A stretch of DNA of 63,304 nt, filler included, from Aduncisulcus paluster (lineage: Eukaryota), in NCBI GenBank assembly GCA_024181965.1. It is 5 parts of 5 records of this genome, joined end to end, with 100 filler letters (N's around TTAATTAATTAA, not from the genome) between each part and the next. Parts side by side here need not be neighbours in the genome. Positions count along the whole stretch, not along the records: positions 19,761 to 36,760 come from BQXS01012408.1; 4 more parts are not named here. One strand, 5' to 3'. Every line of letters starts with the position of its first letter. The first letter of the stretch is position 1. The notes beneath the pieces were generated by a model, which was not told the DNA's origin, ran no database searches, and saw only the letters and a program-made list of their open reading frames with translations. This document shows positions 24,041 to 36,686 of this stretch, in pieces. The translations under genes and the position numbers were made by a program.

Positions 24041-26632
24041 CTATATATAGAATCCAATGAGATCATTCACCTCCAATTGATCTCCTAGAGTGTATCTATA
24101 ATGCCTCCCAATCACTCTCTTGCCCGTTCTGACCGTCTGATATAGAATGATATCATAATAATCCTCCCTTTCTTCTTGAATTATGAAATAATACTTGCCC
24201 ACAACAAAGTTTATGTCTTGTGGAAGAGGTCTTGTGGATCTTAGATTGATGAATGGGAGCACCTGTGCAGCAAGAATGTGTTTTTGAGGGTGGCTTCGAA
24301 TGTTTTTGTAAACCCTCAAAACACTTTTGTTGAGTCTTTCCCCCACCTGGGCGGAGAATGGGGCCATGGGACCGCAATGACTCACCCATTCTGGGAGATG
24401 TGAAACAAAATGTGTTTTCGACTTCTTTACAATCGTTTCATTGGATCCTTGAGTAGTTCTAGCCACGATAATGCCAGCTTTGAGACATAGAGGAATCAAT
24501 ATATCGCGATGTCTTCGAGCTATGGCCTGTGTTTCCTTTGCGGCCGTCAGAGTACTGGCGGTACCATACTGAAGCCCATATATATCATTCAGTATGCACA
24601 TTAACAGCAGATGATGGAAAGTAAGATGGGAATAAGATGTCACTGAATCGAGACTTGTCTGATGTTCTTTGACTTTTATATATCTTCGTGTTGGCTTTTC
24701 GGTTGTTAGCCGACTTACACCCCCAGTTGTGACAGAAGTTGGCCCTTCCTCATCTTCCGACATTAGCAATGGAGAGAAATCGTAGCGACATTCCTCTTCA
24801 CTGCTAGGATCTTCATAATCAATTTCCTTGTTATGTGGGAGGTTTTCATACAAAAAACTGTAATTTCCTCTCCATATCTTTGTGTCCAGATCGTATAACA
24901 CAGCTGCCGCAAATATTCGTGGCTGTTTCCAAGGTCCTCGACATGTAACATATCTCCTGTATGGAGGGTTAAGGGGGAAAAAAGAATCTTTCCTTCCATA
25001 TATGCACTCCACAATGGAAGGTGGAGATGCACATCTTCGGTTGACGTTCTTTCACTCACGATTTCCGAATAGTGACGCCTTTTCCCTGTGATATTACCAA
25101 GGAGGAGACCTGTTCCTTTCAAGTCACACCATTGACACGGGTCTTTCGAGGAATGCTTTGTTCCTATGTTGTCCGTTATTTGTTTTCCATCAGCAATGAT
25201 ATGGAAAAGGGTGCCATATATTCTTACAGTTGTCCCATTTATCGTGATTTCAAATCCCTGTTGGAGCAGTTTTGCATCGGCTACAAGTTGTGTAAGGAAT
25301 GCAGATGTGGCTATCTGTCCAGATTCTGCAACCACAGCTATCTCAGTCCAAGCTGCGTTTTTAGTCTTGAAGTCATCTCTTAAATTAGCCAAAGTCCACC
25401 TTATACATAGTGCAGTATGGCCTGCTCGACATGTCATGACTCCGTCCATAAATACAAGTAAAGGTGCAATGAATACTGGTGTTAAATCATAAGACTTGCA
25501 AAGATTGATATATTCACTGAATGATTTCTCCTTCACTGCTTGCCATTTGCGATCTACTGAACTCATCTCTAGTTGAGCCAGAGTGGTTGCGATACCCATT
25601 TGTGTTCTCACATGTGTGTTGGAACAATTTCCAATATTTTCTATACGAACAACAATGTGGTTCCTCCATAGTATATGTTGGGAGGCTGATAAACGGTGAA
25701 AAGTGAACTAAATGTTTCATATTTGTGACAAAAAATGACGGCAATATGGAAATTGGCGAACGCCATCTGAAGTTGATAGTCTTTCCAGAGTAGGTAAATG
25801 AACATTCTCTTGATGATTGCATCACCCTCCTACGTAATTCATGTATTCTTTCTATCGGAGGTAAACTGCACGTTATGTCGAATTCCTTTTTATCTAGGAG
25901 CATTCTAGAGCGAATTGTTCGAGAAAAACTATCTGAGAGGTCTCGGGTGAGGGTTCTGTCAAATATTTCCTTTGCGGCATGGGACAGCCTCCCCTTTATG
26001 CTGTCAATAAGTGTAGGAATATCTATCAAGGAATCATGGGACACATGATGCGCTGAAAGATCCTGACATGGCCGCCATGGCAGTGACTGCGGGATGGAGA
26101 TATCAGATTCCGAAGATTCAATGACACATTCCATATCATCATAGTCAGCCGGCCCAAAATCATCGAATAAATCTCCATTCAGTGGAGATGACAGGCTGTC
26201 AACAGGAATTACAATAGGTGGGGTATGGAGATCCGATCTAGACGAGTCGTCGGAAGAGGAGAGGGCATTCGCTGGTCCATTCATAATTGCATGATATTCA
26301 GAGACCAAATCTTCATATTTCATATGTATTTCTGGTGTTAATACCAATCTACTATCAATTCTACCCATCGAATATGTCTTAGCATGTGTAATTACTGTCA
26401 TCATAGGGTCTACAAGATATCGAGAACAATGACAGCTAAAGTCTTCTTTTTTCCATTTAGAACTCCACTTTTTAGAATAAACATGTCCTACTGACAGCTT
26501 GCAATGACGACATCGAAGCATAACATTCATCTTTTGTAACTTCTCTTTTCCAAAGGCAATAATATATGACAAAGGGGATTTTGGTTCTTTAATTTCACCT
26601 TCTTCTACTAAAACGATTTCTAAATCAGACAT
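24041..26632 (-). mobile_element. Plavaka/CACTA-like (CMC) DDE transposase, two frameshifts
   Basis: PLLVFMDG, WTLANLR, HIIADG, CQWC, DMLHVEDLG, KTHFVSHLPEWVSHCGPMAPFSAQVGERLNK across three overlapping ORFs. Confidence 0.8.
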
Positions 26633-26882
26633 TCAGATATAACTCGACTTTTCTTATTTCTGGATTCGTCACTCGATAAAAAACGGTTTTTTATAATATT
26701 ATTAATATATCAATATATATGCTATATATTAATGAATAATATACTATCCTATATAATGTTAATATCGACAAAAATAAACGATTCAATCTGAAATATTTTA
26801 GAATGAGAATAATGTACAAAATATATCCGGAATCAATGAACAAATTAACTTAATTTAAATATTTTTTATTTAGATTTGATAT

Positions 26883-27644
26883 TTATTCGATTTCTTCTAA
26901 TGCAGAAGATTCTTCTTCTTCTTCATCTGGAACTTCGTTCTGGCTTAAGACTATGGAGGCAGTACCCCGATCAGAGGTTGTTAAAACAATAGATTGCTCT
27001 TGGACTATTGTCGACCACGTACCAGGTCGGTAATGTTGAAGGATGGATATATCAATATGTCTACGATCGAGTTCTTCTTCACATTCAGCAACCATGCTAA
27101 ACATGGTCGTCCTGCTTTTTTTCACATTTGACAGGTTATTGTTTGTTGACGTAGATAGATATTTCGAATAAAACTCGTACAACATTGAATCGGTATATCT
27201 TTCTATCAGGCGAGTAAATTTGACATCAGAGCGTATTTCTTCAAATATGATCTTTTTTCTCGTTACATCTTTCAATCTTCTATTTGTCTTCACTTCCTTA
27301 TCAGTGTATTCCTGCAAACACAATGCACTCAGTAATCTTACCGCAATTCTCTTCGCTATCTTGTCTAATTGGCCAAAGTAAATTTTAGACGTATCTAAAA
27401 ACATTTCTAAATTGGCCGATGTAACAGTAGCCTCTCCAGAAATGAGAGGTGGCAATGATTTTTCGAATTTTTCTTGTAGGCCACTAAATCTCCTCTTTGT
27501 ACCTTCATATATCTTGATAATATTCTTATTCATTTTTTTTGTTATTTCTATTTCTAATAGAAATAGAAGTAGTACTTCTTCCATTTTTATAACTGCCAAG
27601 AGATAGAATTCAATTCGTGGAGATTTACAAAGCAGAAAATCCAA
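26883..27644 (-). CDS. Hypothetical protein, possibly an accessory ORF of the adjacent transposon
   Basis: 253-codon ORF with an acidic tail, same strand, directly upstream of the transposase. No recognised motif. Confidence 0.45.
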   Translation of the reverse strand: MDFLLCKSPRIEFYLLAVIKMEEVLLLFLLEIEITKKMNKNIIKIYEGTKRRFSGLQEKFEKSLPPLISGEATVTSANLEMFLDTSKIYFGQLDKIAKRIAVRLLSALCLQEYTDKEVKTNRRLKDVTRKKIIFEEIRSDVKFTRLIERYTDSMLYEFYSKYLSTSTNNNLSNVKKSRTTMFSMVAECEEELDRRHIDISILQHYRPGTWSTIVQEQSIVLTTSDRGTASIVLSQNEVPDEEEEESSALEEIE

Positions 27645-28113
27645 TAATCATGCGATAAATTAATAAAATATTATATTTTTATTTTTTTAATTGCCGTTTA
27701 TATTGTATCATTTCTCATGATATGAATCGGAGCAGAGTCAAGTTATGCGCATCTTTGTTTTGTTTACAACAATATATAATAAGCTGTCTCCCTGGGCCTG
27801 CGCAACCCAGGTCTCAATATTTATTGTTTTTTCTTTTATGAATAAGCCTCCTTCTGTCTGTATATTCTCCTGTTTAAAATGCCTGCTCCTCCAACGATTT
27901 TAAATTATATTTAAAATAAATTAAGAAAATAAAAATGGCATTTATTTATCTCAGATTACCGTATTGGACACGTTGGCGTCTATATTAGTAATACTGAAAT
28001 ATATATCGTCCTTCAGAACATGAACCAAAATTTGTACCATTTTGTTACAAAAAATATAAACTGTACGTCTGACAAAATTGAAAACCGATTTGTTTTTACT
28101 ATCCTCTTTTGAA

Positions 28114-28353
28114 CTAAATCATGTGATTCACTTGTATTCCTTCTTGAATGGCTTTATGATGTTTTTCTGAAATAACATGCCCAATAAAAGATAATTTTGA
28201 ACTTAAATTACAGGAACATGCCATACAGCGATAAAATGTTTCATTATTTTTGTAAATCATTCTAAAATTATTTGTAATATCCCTTTTAATACAGACATAA
28301 CATCGCCATTTTTCATCGTTTTGTTTACCATTAAATCTCTGTATGTTGACCAA
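28114..28353 (-). pseudogene. Zinc-finger fragment like the hAT-family N-terminus
   Basis: CMAC...GHVISEKHHK resembles CHLC...KHMMTKKHQ. Confidence 0.5.
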
Positions 28354-28959
28354 ATGTATTTGGATTTATATTTTCCTTCTAACAATTCTTTTATATTTTT
28401 GAATAATTCCATTTCAATACTCCTTGTTTTTTAAGTTAGCTTTTCTTTTGTTTTGAATGGTACGAATCTTCTCTTCGAACCAATTTCATGAGATTGTTTT
28501 ACTAATTTTGTATTATTAAATCAAATATGAATTTACTATGGATTATTTTCTTTTATTTTTATTCATCTGAAAAAAGACCGGAATCCTCTGCTGTAAAATA
28601 AAACCTTTCGAATGTAACAAAAAATAGTGTCATTAAAATGTGCATTGGAAAAAAAACTATCAGAATCGATTAGAAACAAATTAGTAATAGGAATATTACA
28701 TATTCTACGTACCTTATGAAGCCAAGATAATTGGAACAAATGAAATTAAAAACAAAATAATTAGAAGACGTTTTAATGAGAAAAAGACGTTCCAAAACAG
28801 TTTATGCCATTCTTCATGGTTCGCTTGGTGTGAACAAAAAAGATATCCTTGAAATATTATCTTTTACATCATCTTCAGAGCTAAAAATTATAAACAATTC
28901 AAATATACAATGTTTATTTTGTAAAAGAGAGTTTTTAAACTCTTCTTCATCATTAATTG

Positions 28960-29579
28960 ACCGCGCCCCTGCTGCCGTAGTACAGATGTTGAGGAGGGGT
29001 GTGAGACTTCGAGTGTCCTCTCGTGCCCCTTTCCGAACTACTCGACCCACCACCTTAACACCAGCCATTCGAGCCCAGGTCGAAATATGGTTGAGGAAAG
29101 GTATACTAATCCCTTACGAATCCCCGCTCCTGACCTCACCATTATTCGCAGTACCAAAGAAGGACAGCAAGGTCCCGAGAATAGTTCACGACCTCAGAGG
29201 GCTGAATGTGCGACTACCACGCATACGGTTAACTCTGAGAGCTGCCCAGCAGACCCAGGAACTCTGTCTACATCACCCATGGATGTACAAGCTCGATCTC
29301 AAGTCGGGTTACCAGCTGAAAATGTCAGAGAGAGACTGGAAACTTTTGGGGGTGGAGATCGAAGGAACGTCGTACACTTTGTCTCCTTGGCATGAGATCA
29401 CTTTTCATGCGATCAGGAGAGGATCTACGTCTACTCTTTTGACCCATGGTGTCCCCGAGGCAGTAATCATGGCTCTCGGCACTTGGAAGTGTAGGGACTC
29501 CTTTCAATCGTATATCGAGGAAGCGGTCAGGTTACAGGGATATCCCTTAACGCTATCGGACCTTTCTCATCATGGCTAG
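28960..29579 (+). mobile_element. DIRS-type retrotransposon remnant: RT N-half fused in frame to tyrosine recombinase C-terminus
   Basis: SPLFAVPKKD...RIVHDLRGLN...KLDLKSGY, then HAIRRGS...GVPEAVIMALGTWKCRDSFQSY. Confidence 0.8.
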
Positions 29580-30169
29580 CGAATTCAAAGCTGATCTGCT
29601 AGCTTTATCGGTCTTATACAATCAAACAACTATGATCCGAGGTGATATTACTACGGAATCATCAATGAGGCTCCATAAGCCTCATATTATTTTCTTATTT
29701 TCTTATTACAGCAAAACTTTAATTCTATTACTATTATATCGTTTAGATATTCTTGTCAAGGGAAAAGGACATGATAAGGATGAATCCAATCAGTATGGTA
29801 AAAAAGAGAAGAAGAAAAATACATGCGGACAAAAAAATGAAATCAAAAACTACATTGGATTATGATTCGGAATTTGGGGAGAGGGCAAAATAAAAACATA
29901 CTGCCCACGAGATTTTTATCGTACTAAGCATATGCTCCAAATTGTGGACATAATTCAGTTGTTCTTCCTTGATTTTGTATGAAACTAATCTCCCCACAGA
30001 CACTTCCATAACAAATGCTTTAAAGATTTAAAACAAGCCATCAAATCCACAAGCCCCAGCATCAGCACCTCAATCAGTAATAAGAGAATACGTATCCCGA
30101 TACACAGAGTCGCCCGAGGAGATCGATGTCCCACCCTCTCAATTTTCAGGTGAGAAGCTTAGAATCGAA

Positions 30170-31717
30170 ACTATCACCGTTAAAGAAGTCAACGCAAGTT
30201 TAAAAGGTCTAGACTCTGCTGCAGGACCCGACGGCATGACATCCAAGGCAGCCAGAAGTATTTTCCCCGGAGTATGGACAACACTATTTAACAAAATATT
30301 GGAGATGGAACTGATTCCGGCTCAATGGCGTCATATCAGAGCTCAGGGCATTGATAAACAAAATGGGAAGGCTAGTGACGATCTTGGGAGGTGGCGCCCT
30401 CTCTTCATAGCAAATGTGGCACTTCGACTCATGTCAGCCATCCTCGCCAGAAGAATGACACAGTGGGTCTCTTTCAATCAGGTTATCGCGGACTATCAAG
30501 TTGGATTCTGCCCCACCAACGGCACTACCCTAAACATCTACAAATGTCGTCACAGACTGTTCAAAAAACAGGTCGGAATCTCTATCGATTTGACTGATGC
30601 ATTTGGTTNNNNNNNNNNNNNNNNNNNNGAAGTATTTTCCCCGGAGTATGGACAACACTATTTAACAAAATATTGGAGATGGAACTGATTCCGGCTCAAT
30701 GGCGTCATATCAGAGCTCAGGGCATTGATAAACAAAATGGGAAGGCTAGTGACGATCTTGGGAGGTGGCGCCCTCTCTTCATAGCAAATGTGGCACTTCG
30801 ACTCATGTCAGCCATCCTCGCCAGAAGAATGACACAGTGGGTCTCTTTCAATCAGGTTATCGCGGACTATCAAGTTGGATTCTTCCCCACCAACGGCACT
30901 ACCCTAAACATCTACAAATGTCGTCACAGACTGTTCAAAAAACAGGTCGGAATCTCTATCGATTTGACTGATGCATTTGGTTCCGTCCACCACGATCTTC
31001 TTAACAAAGTAATCGATGACTTGACAGAAGGGCGTTTCAGATCCTTCTTGAGAAATATCACTACCCTTTTGATACAGATTGGATCAACAACTAAAACATA
31101 CGTGGCTGTCCGCAGGGATCTCCCCTCTCCCCACTATTATTCAATCTCTGCCTGGATCGAGCACTGGTATCAGATGACATCCGTTGTAATATTCTGGGAT
31201 ATGCTGACGACTTGATAAGCTTTGGGATGGATATCCCAGAATGTCAGGGATTGAAACCCAGAATCATGCTTTATGTGCATGCCACGCTTCAATGGAAGAC
31301 TATCGATCCCGTCACCACAGGCTGAGGGACTCCATCATCGAAAGTATTCAGGCCATCCACCCATCGATCCCCGTTCGGGCAGAGGTAATAACCGACGCCA
31401 ATCACAGACCAGACATATTTGTAGACGTTGCAAACCCAGTCTATATCGAAGTCACAGTGACATATGAAGACAGTGGGCTTCAACAGCTGGAGAAAGTAAC
31501 CAGAGAGAAGAGGATGAAATATGCAGGAGTTGACTCTCTAATCGTCTTGGCATTTGGGCACGCAAGAGTGTATCTCCCGAGTATGATCGACGAGTTGACA
31601 GAGATCTTGCCTTTTTCTCAAAGAAAATCATTGACAATCATGGATAATGCAGCGCAATGTGTGCTTCGAGAATCGTGTAAGATCATGAGAAGATTCGCTA
31701 GGCAACAGCACTTATAA
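30170..31717 (+). mobile_element. Non-LTR retrotransposon (RT + RLE), internally deleted and frameshifted
   Basis: AAGPDG, WRPLFIAN, IDLTDAFGSV, GCPQGSPLSPLLF and GYADDL (shifted frame), then HALCAC, RHHR, RPDI, IEVTV, EKRMKY. Confidence 0.9.
30255..30982. repeat. ~354-bp duplication across a 20-N gap
   Basis: 30255-30608 is repeated at 30629-30982; one visible substitution (TGC vs TTC). Confidence 0.9.
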
Positions 31718-32189
31718 ATACTTAAATCAGATCCTGACCAGTCAAACCTTCCATGAGATTCATTTTTAGACTAATAATCATTTATCATGAGTCTTTGTCA
31801 GTTCAAATCATTTAATATTGGACCAATGCCCTAATGATTTTTCATTCCTCCTCCCTTGACCTGTGTATGCGATCTGGAGATGGAATGAAATCAGGAGGTT
31901 CATGTCGGCCCCGACCAAACAGTGCCCAGAGCATCATGTGCCTTATACCCTAAAGGGTTAGGTTTATTTTAGAATTCTTTTTCTTGCTATTTCTTTCATA
32001 AATAAATACTACATACTGTACTATTGCGCTCACGGAAGCAACTTGAAGAAATTTTCATCTCAACCAGAAGCAACAGCTATTAAACTCATTTTCAGGTCTG
32101 GGAACGTTTCACAAAGATATTTCTTTAACTTAAACGAAGATATAATTCCTAGGAAATCGAAAAACTATCGATACTTCACCACTAATTAC

Positions 32190-33048
32190 GGACATATTAA
32201 CGTGTTCTTGTGGTCGTGAATTCAAAGGAACAACGAACTATTCCAAACATGCCAGCAAAGCACGATGCACACTGACTAAGGTAATAATTACCAAGTATCA
32301 ATGCTCATGCCGGAAAATATGTTTCGGATATCTTAACTCAAAGAAGCATTTGTCCCAGAATCCATCTCATTCACTTACTTTTATGGGAGCAGCAACAAGA
32401 AGAGACGAATCTGAAATGGGCGAGTCAATGGCCGAATTGATCAAAAACAATCGTAGTGTTGTCTCCCATTCCCACCCCTTTTTCAGTCACGGCAACCCGA
32501 GGGTCTTTCACGGATCACGTATCTCAACAGCTCCACACACAGCCACAAGAGATGTCCAGTCTCATGCCTCTTCAACTCGTTCAACTGCTCGAAGTCTCCA
32601 GCTTGCTTCCTCAAGTCAACATACGAGTGACACTGCTTCTTCTCAAGACGTCTCTCGAGATCATCCACATGCCTCTTCAACTCGTTCAACTGCTCAAAGT
32701 CTTCAACTGGATCGCTCAAGTCAACATACGAGTGACACTGCTTCTTCTCAAGACGTCTCTCGATATCATTCTCTGAACCCTGTCCTTCATCGTCAAATCA
32801 ACATTCAGTCGGAGCATAATACGCCTGACCCAACGATGTTAACATCACAACCTCAATTCCTCGCATCTCTAGCTCAAGATCTAAGAATTATGTCAGATCG
32901 GCCAGACGACTCCCACGGCACAAATGGAACTCCGTCCGTCAGCACGGTAACAGTACAACCAATGATGGAACCGCAATCCAGCGTTCAGCGAAGAGAATAT
33001 AGAATCAATCACCTGGTCCCAGTACTTCAGAGAACCGAACCAAATTGA
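32190..33048 (+). pseudogene. Zinc-finger/Ser-rich ORF, likely the N-terminus of an RLE non-LTR element
   Basis: CSCGREF...KHASKARC and CSCRKIC...KHLSQNPSH followed by a low-complexity region. Confidence 0.5.
32563..32770 (+). repeat. 105-bp (35-aa) tandem duplication
   Basis: CATGCCTCTTCAACTCGTTCAACTGCTC starts at 32563 and 32668. Confidence 0.9.
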
Positions 33049-33219
33049 AAATATCGTATCTTCTGAAATAATAAGAATTCTTGAATTCTAGTCAATTTTG
33101 CTAAGGTTATAACCCTAATCAAAAAAGTGATTTCTAAAAATAGAATTCTAAAAATAGAACATCAATTTTTTTGTTCTAAATCCAATAGTGTAGCGAATAA
33201 AAAGAATTTTTAAAATAGC

Positions 33220-33470
33220 AAAAAAACAACGATTTTTAGGGGATCCCTTAACGCTGCAGTATGGTTCGTACGGCTGGAGCAGTATGAGAATTCCGAGTGT
33301 CGGCTACAAACGACATCTCATAATCCAAGCCGTCAATCAACCTTTGGGGTAGTGTCGTTTGCCCGGTACTAAGGGAAGTTCTATACTCGAAATTGTCCGA
33401 TGACGAGATTCGAACCCAGGATTTGCGGAATAAGAGGACACCAGTCTACCACCATACTACGGAGATCAAC
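33220..33470 (-). ncRNA. tRNA-headed Pol III element, copy 2
   Basis: Reverse complement of 23623-23872 with about a dozen differences; same 5' end GTTGATCTCC and same T-run end. Confidence 0.75.
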
Positions 33471-33779
33471 ATAATAAAACAATCATTAGACTTCCATTAT
33501 TTATTCTCTTAAAAGCTCCACATACGGGGCAATTTTACCTTGTTTAAAGCAAAATTTCAGTTTTTTGATCTCCCTTTGCATGGATTCAGATTGAATATGA
33601 ATATCTCGTTCAATTATCTCTGGTCGGTCAAGTTCCCTCTGGGTTGCTCGACTTCTTATATATCTGTCAATTTTGTAGCCACATGACGAGATTATGGCTG
33701 ATAAACCAGTTTTTCTATGAGTAAGAAATGCTGATCTAACAAGCAGATCATTCAATACATCCCGATCCAAACAGAAATT

Positions 33780-33990
33780 CCACACATATGACTCCATTTT
33801 CTTAATTGGTTTTTTATAATCCCAAACAAGGTTTCTATGGGGTTTAAAAATGGCCGTACTTAGGTAAAAATATGATGTGTAGGCCGGATTCTCTTCCTTC
33901 TTCATAGACATCGAATAGTTCTTGACAATACAATTCTCTGCGTGGTCCAGCGTTATCTAAAATCAGTATAGATCCTCGTTTAAATGGTTT
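33780..33990 (-). pseudogene. IS630/Tc1-like DDE transposase fragment
   Basis: Manual translation SILILDNAGP...LHIIFLPKYGHF / LNPIETLFGIIK, with one T missing from a T run. Confidence 0.75.
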
Positions 33991-34513
33991 GTTAACTAAA
34001 ATAAAGTCTTTTAAATCGCATGCGAAGTTAAGTTAAGTCACTGCTTGAAATATCGCATAATCTTATTTATACACATATTCACTTCATATGAAAAAATACT
34101 GTAGTATAATAATATTCTTCTGGTTGGATGCTGTGCCAGATAAGAAAATTGAAATTCCCAAAGCGAAGAATGCATATTTATTTTCATTTTGATTACAATT
34201 TTAGAAATCATCATTGATTATACTATAATCAACATAGTATGTTTATTTATGTTTTTTGAAGTCGGAAAATTAGATAATTTTGAAGGAAAAAATCATCTTG
34301 AACGCCTTCAAAAAAGAGATCAATGTGTCAACCGAGGTTGACACATGTTGGAGCCCTGATAATAATAAAATATATAATTCAACGAACTTAACTCTCGACA
34401 AAAGCTATATAATACAAAACCTAGTTTCGTCTCGTAAAACTGGAAAACCTGTTTCAAAATCCGAAATAAAACCGATTATAATATAATACTGTACTATTAT
34501 ATTCGATTAGTAA

Positions 34514-34800
34514 TCAAAATACCACAGCCTTATCGATTAACGAATTAGTGCAATCCGAATCAGGAAGCACCTCAATAATGTGAGAGTAGCCCAGGTTGGG
34601 GCCTGAAGAAACCTTTCCAGAGAGAGTAGGAGAGCAAGTACCAAGAGAATAACCAGATTTCCCTTTATTCTGGGAACCAGCCCTTCTTGACATTCTTCTC
34701 TTCCTTGCTTCAAAGCCACGTTTCTTGGCTTCGGCACTAGCTGTCTTCTTGATTCTGCAGTCGTCTTCCACGTGGCCAAGAGCCACAGAAGCCACATGGT
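34514..34800 (-). pseudogene. Gag zinc knuckle plus protease remnant
   Basis: CGFCG / LGHVEDDC (frameshifted), then VLPDSDCTNSLI (decayed D-S/T-G motif). Confidence 0.6.
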
Positions 34801-36254
34801 CTTCCAGCACCCTTAGATGATGAACCAAACGAATCAGCTCAAAAAATTTCATATTATCCATTTAAAAGATAATCACTGTATCTCCAGAATTATGCATTTT
34901 AAATGGAAAAAATAGGTTTTCAGATTTCGCTAAAAAGACCGTTAATAAAGTTTATTATGCTTAAATCAATGAGAAACCATCGGCTGGCATAGATCCGTTC
35001 CCCCTTGTGCGAACTGAAAACACCGACCTGCGATTTAAGGGAAATGGATACCGTTTTCGAGGTCTACTCCGAGAGTAGATTTCAAAAAATAAATTTATTT
35101 ATTAATAACACATATTGGTCCATCATAGGATGAGAAACAATAATTATTTGTACTAAGCGAAAAAAAAGTGTTATAACCAAACAAAATAAAAATTTAAGAT
35201 ATTAATTTCTTTTTATTAAGAAAATATCTTGGTAAAGGGGAAATATATTTAGTATCACATATTTCATCTGGGCAGCATGGTTTTTTCGTAACGTACATTA
35301 AGGTTTGTAATATTTTTTTGTTTATTTTATATAGCTTATAGTCTTTAATATATTATTTATTTAGTTTTTGTTCACGAAATAACTTCTAGTTGTTTGATCT
35401 TGAAGAACAAGGAAATATATGTCACTAGCTCTTTGATAACCCTTTCTTCTTATTATTATTCCACTCTTATTATTGAAGCTACTTCCTCTGGATTCGCCAC
35501 GAGCTGAGAATAATGAGAGGGAATTAAACCATTTCTTGGATCATTATTTAGGAAAACCAAGAGGGGAGTTTCAGAAATGGGTACAGTCATCGGATTAAAA
35601 AATTCAAGGTACCTTCTCATAGTATGAGCCAGTTGGGAGGTGAACGATTTGGGCAATTTGGCGGCCTAAAATATTACACGTCGCGCAAATATCGATCTGA
35701 GAGGGAAATCCTCCTCTTTCCCTCTCTGAAATATACTCTAAAGCCTCATGTGACGTTTTGAAGAAGCATTTATAGTTCCTCTCAATATATGCTAATTCCT
35801 CGGTTTGAAGATGTTTGGCATCATAAGGGAATTCTTTTTTAACATTTAATAGTGTGATTAATGCATGAAAAAAACAGAGATTACCTGTTACTGAAGCTTC
35901 TTGGATTATATCGACATTCTTCAGTTGTGATAATGTTTTCTTTTAAAATAATTCTTTTTTTATATTTTTATAATTCTTTTTAATATTATTTTATTTATCT
36001 TCACAATTTGTTTACGAGAACCAGTCATTTTGACGGAAAGATGAACCATCCCATATTCGTACATAAAATACACATGATAAAATAAAACATGGCATTGATA
36101 CCTAAACCTCGCTGTTTTATCCCCTTTCTAATTTTTATTCTCGAATTCACCTTTATACCTTCTAAGGGTGCTAAACCTTGAATCTTTTCTTATTTTCCTT
36201 GAATTCGCAGATTATTATTCCTTTTAAATCGATAAAAACACATTTATAATTGTT

Positions 36255-36686
36255 TCATTAAAACACAGAGCCGCCGAGAGAAGATACACTGCTCACATTT
36301 TGATACCACGTTCCCCTTCCTTCTAGCTCACATAGTACAACATCAGTGATGTCAATAGAGAGAAAATGCCATTCATAGTTGTGAGTTGGTCTTACGAACT
36401 TGCATATTTTGTGGTTTTTAGAACCATCAGATCTGGTAAGGCCAATAACAGAGATGGCGCACTGAAATTCTTATGAAGACAAAAATACACACCTTTCATG
36501 GGACCAAGGGAAGAAAAAGGGATTGAAAGCTTTGAAAATGATAGGTACTTCTTCAAGTGTAGCATCACAGGGAAACTTTTTTTCAGGATCCTGTGAGTTT
36601 TTCATGGTCTATTTATAGAACCATGCCCCGTCATCATTTCTAATAAATTGTACCACTGTTGTTTCTATAGGGTTCGACAGATCCAT
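36255..36686 (-). pseudogene. Decayed copy of a lineage-expanded hypothetical domain
   Basis: LSIPFSSLGPMKGVYFC / RSDGSK...YEWHFLSIDITDVVLCELEGRGTW, with frameshifts. Resembles a domain I recall as highly repeated in Aduncisulcus paluster proteins. Confidence 0.6.

Noticed and set aside
23623..33470. The two tRNA-headed copies as terminal inverted repeats of a 9.8-kb composite element
   Set aside because: No target-site duplication, the copies have diverged, and the interior is a mix of unrelated TE fragments.
35699..35726. 10-bp stem hairpin GAGAGGGAAA/TTTCCCTCTC as a terminator
   Set aside because: Eukaryotic context, low-complexity purine/pyrimidine stem, no supporting gene.
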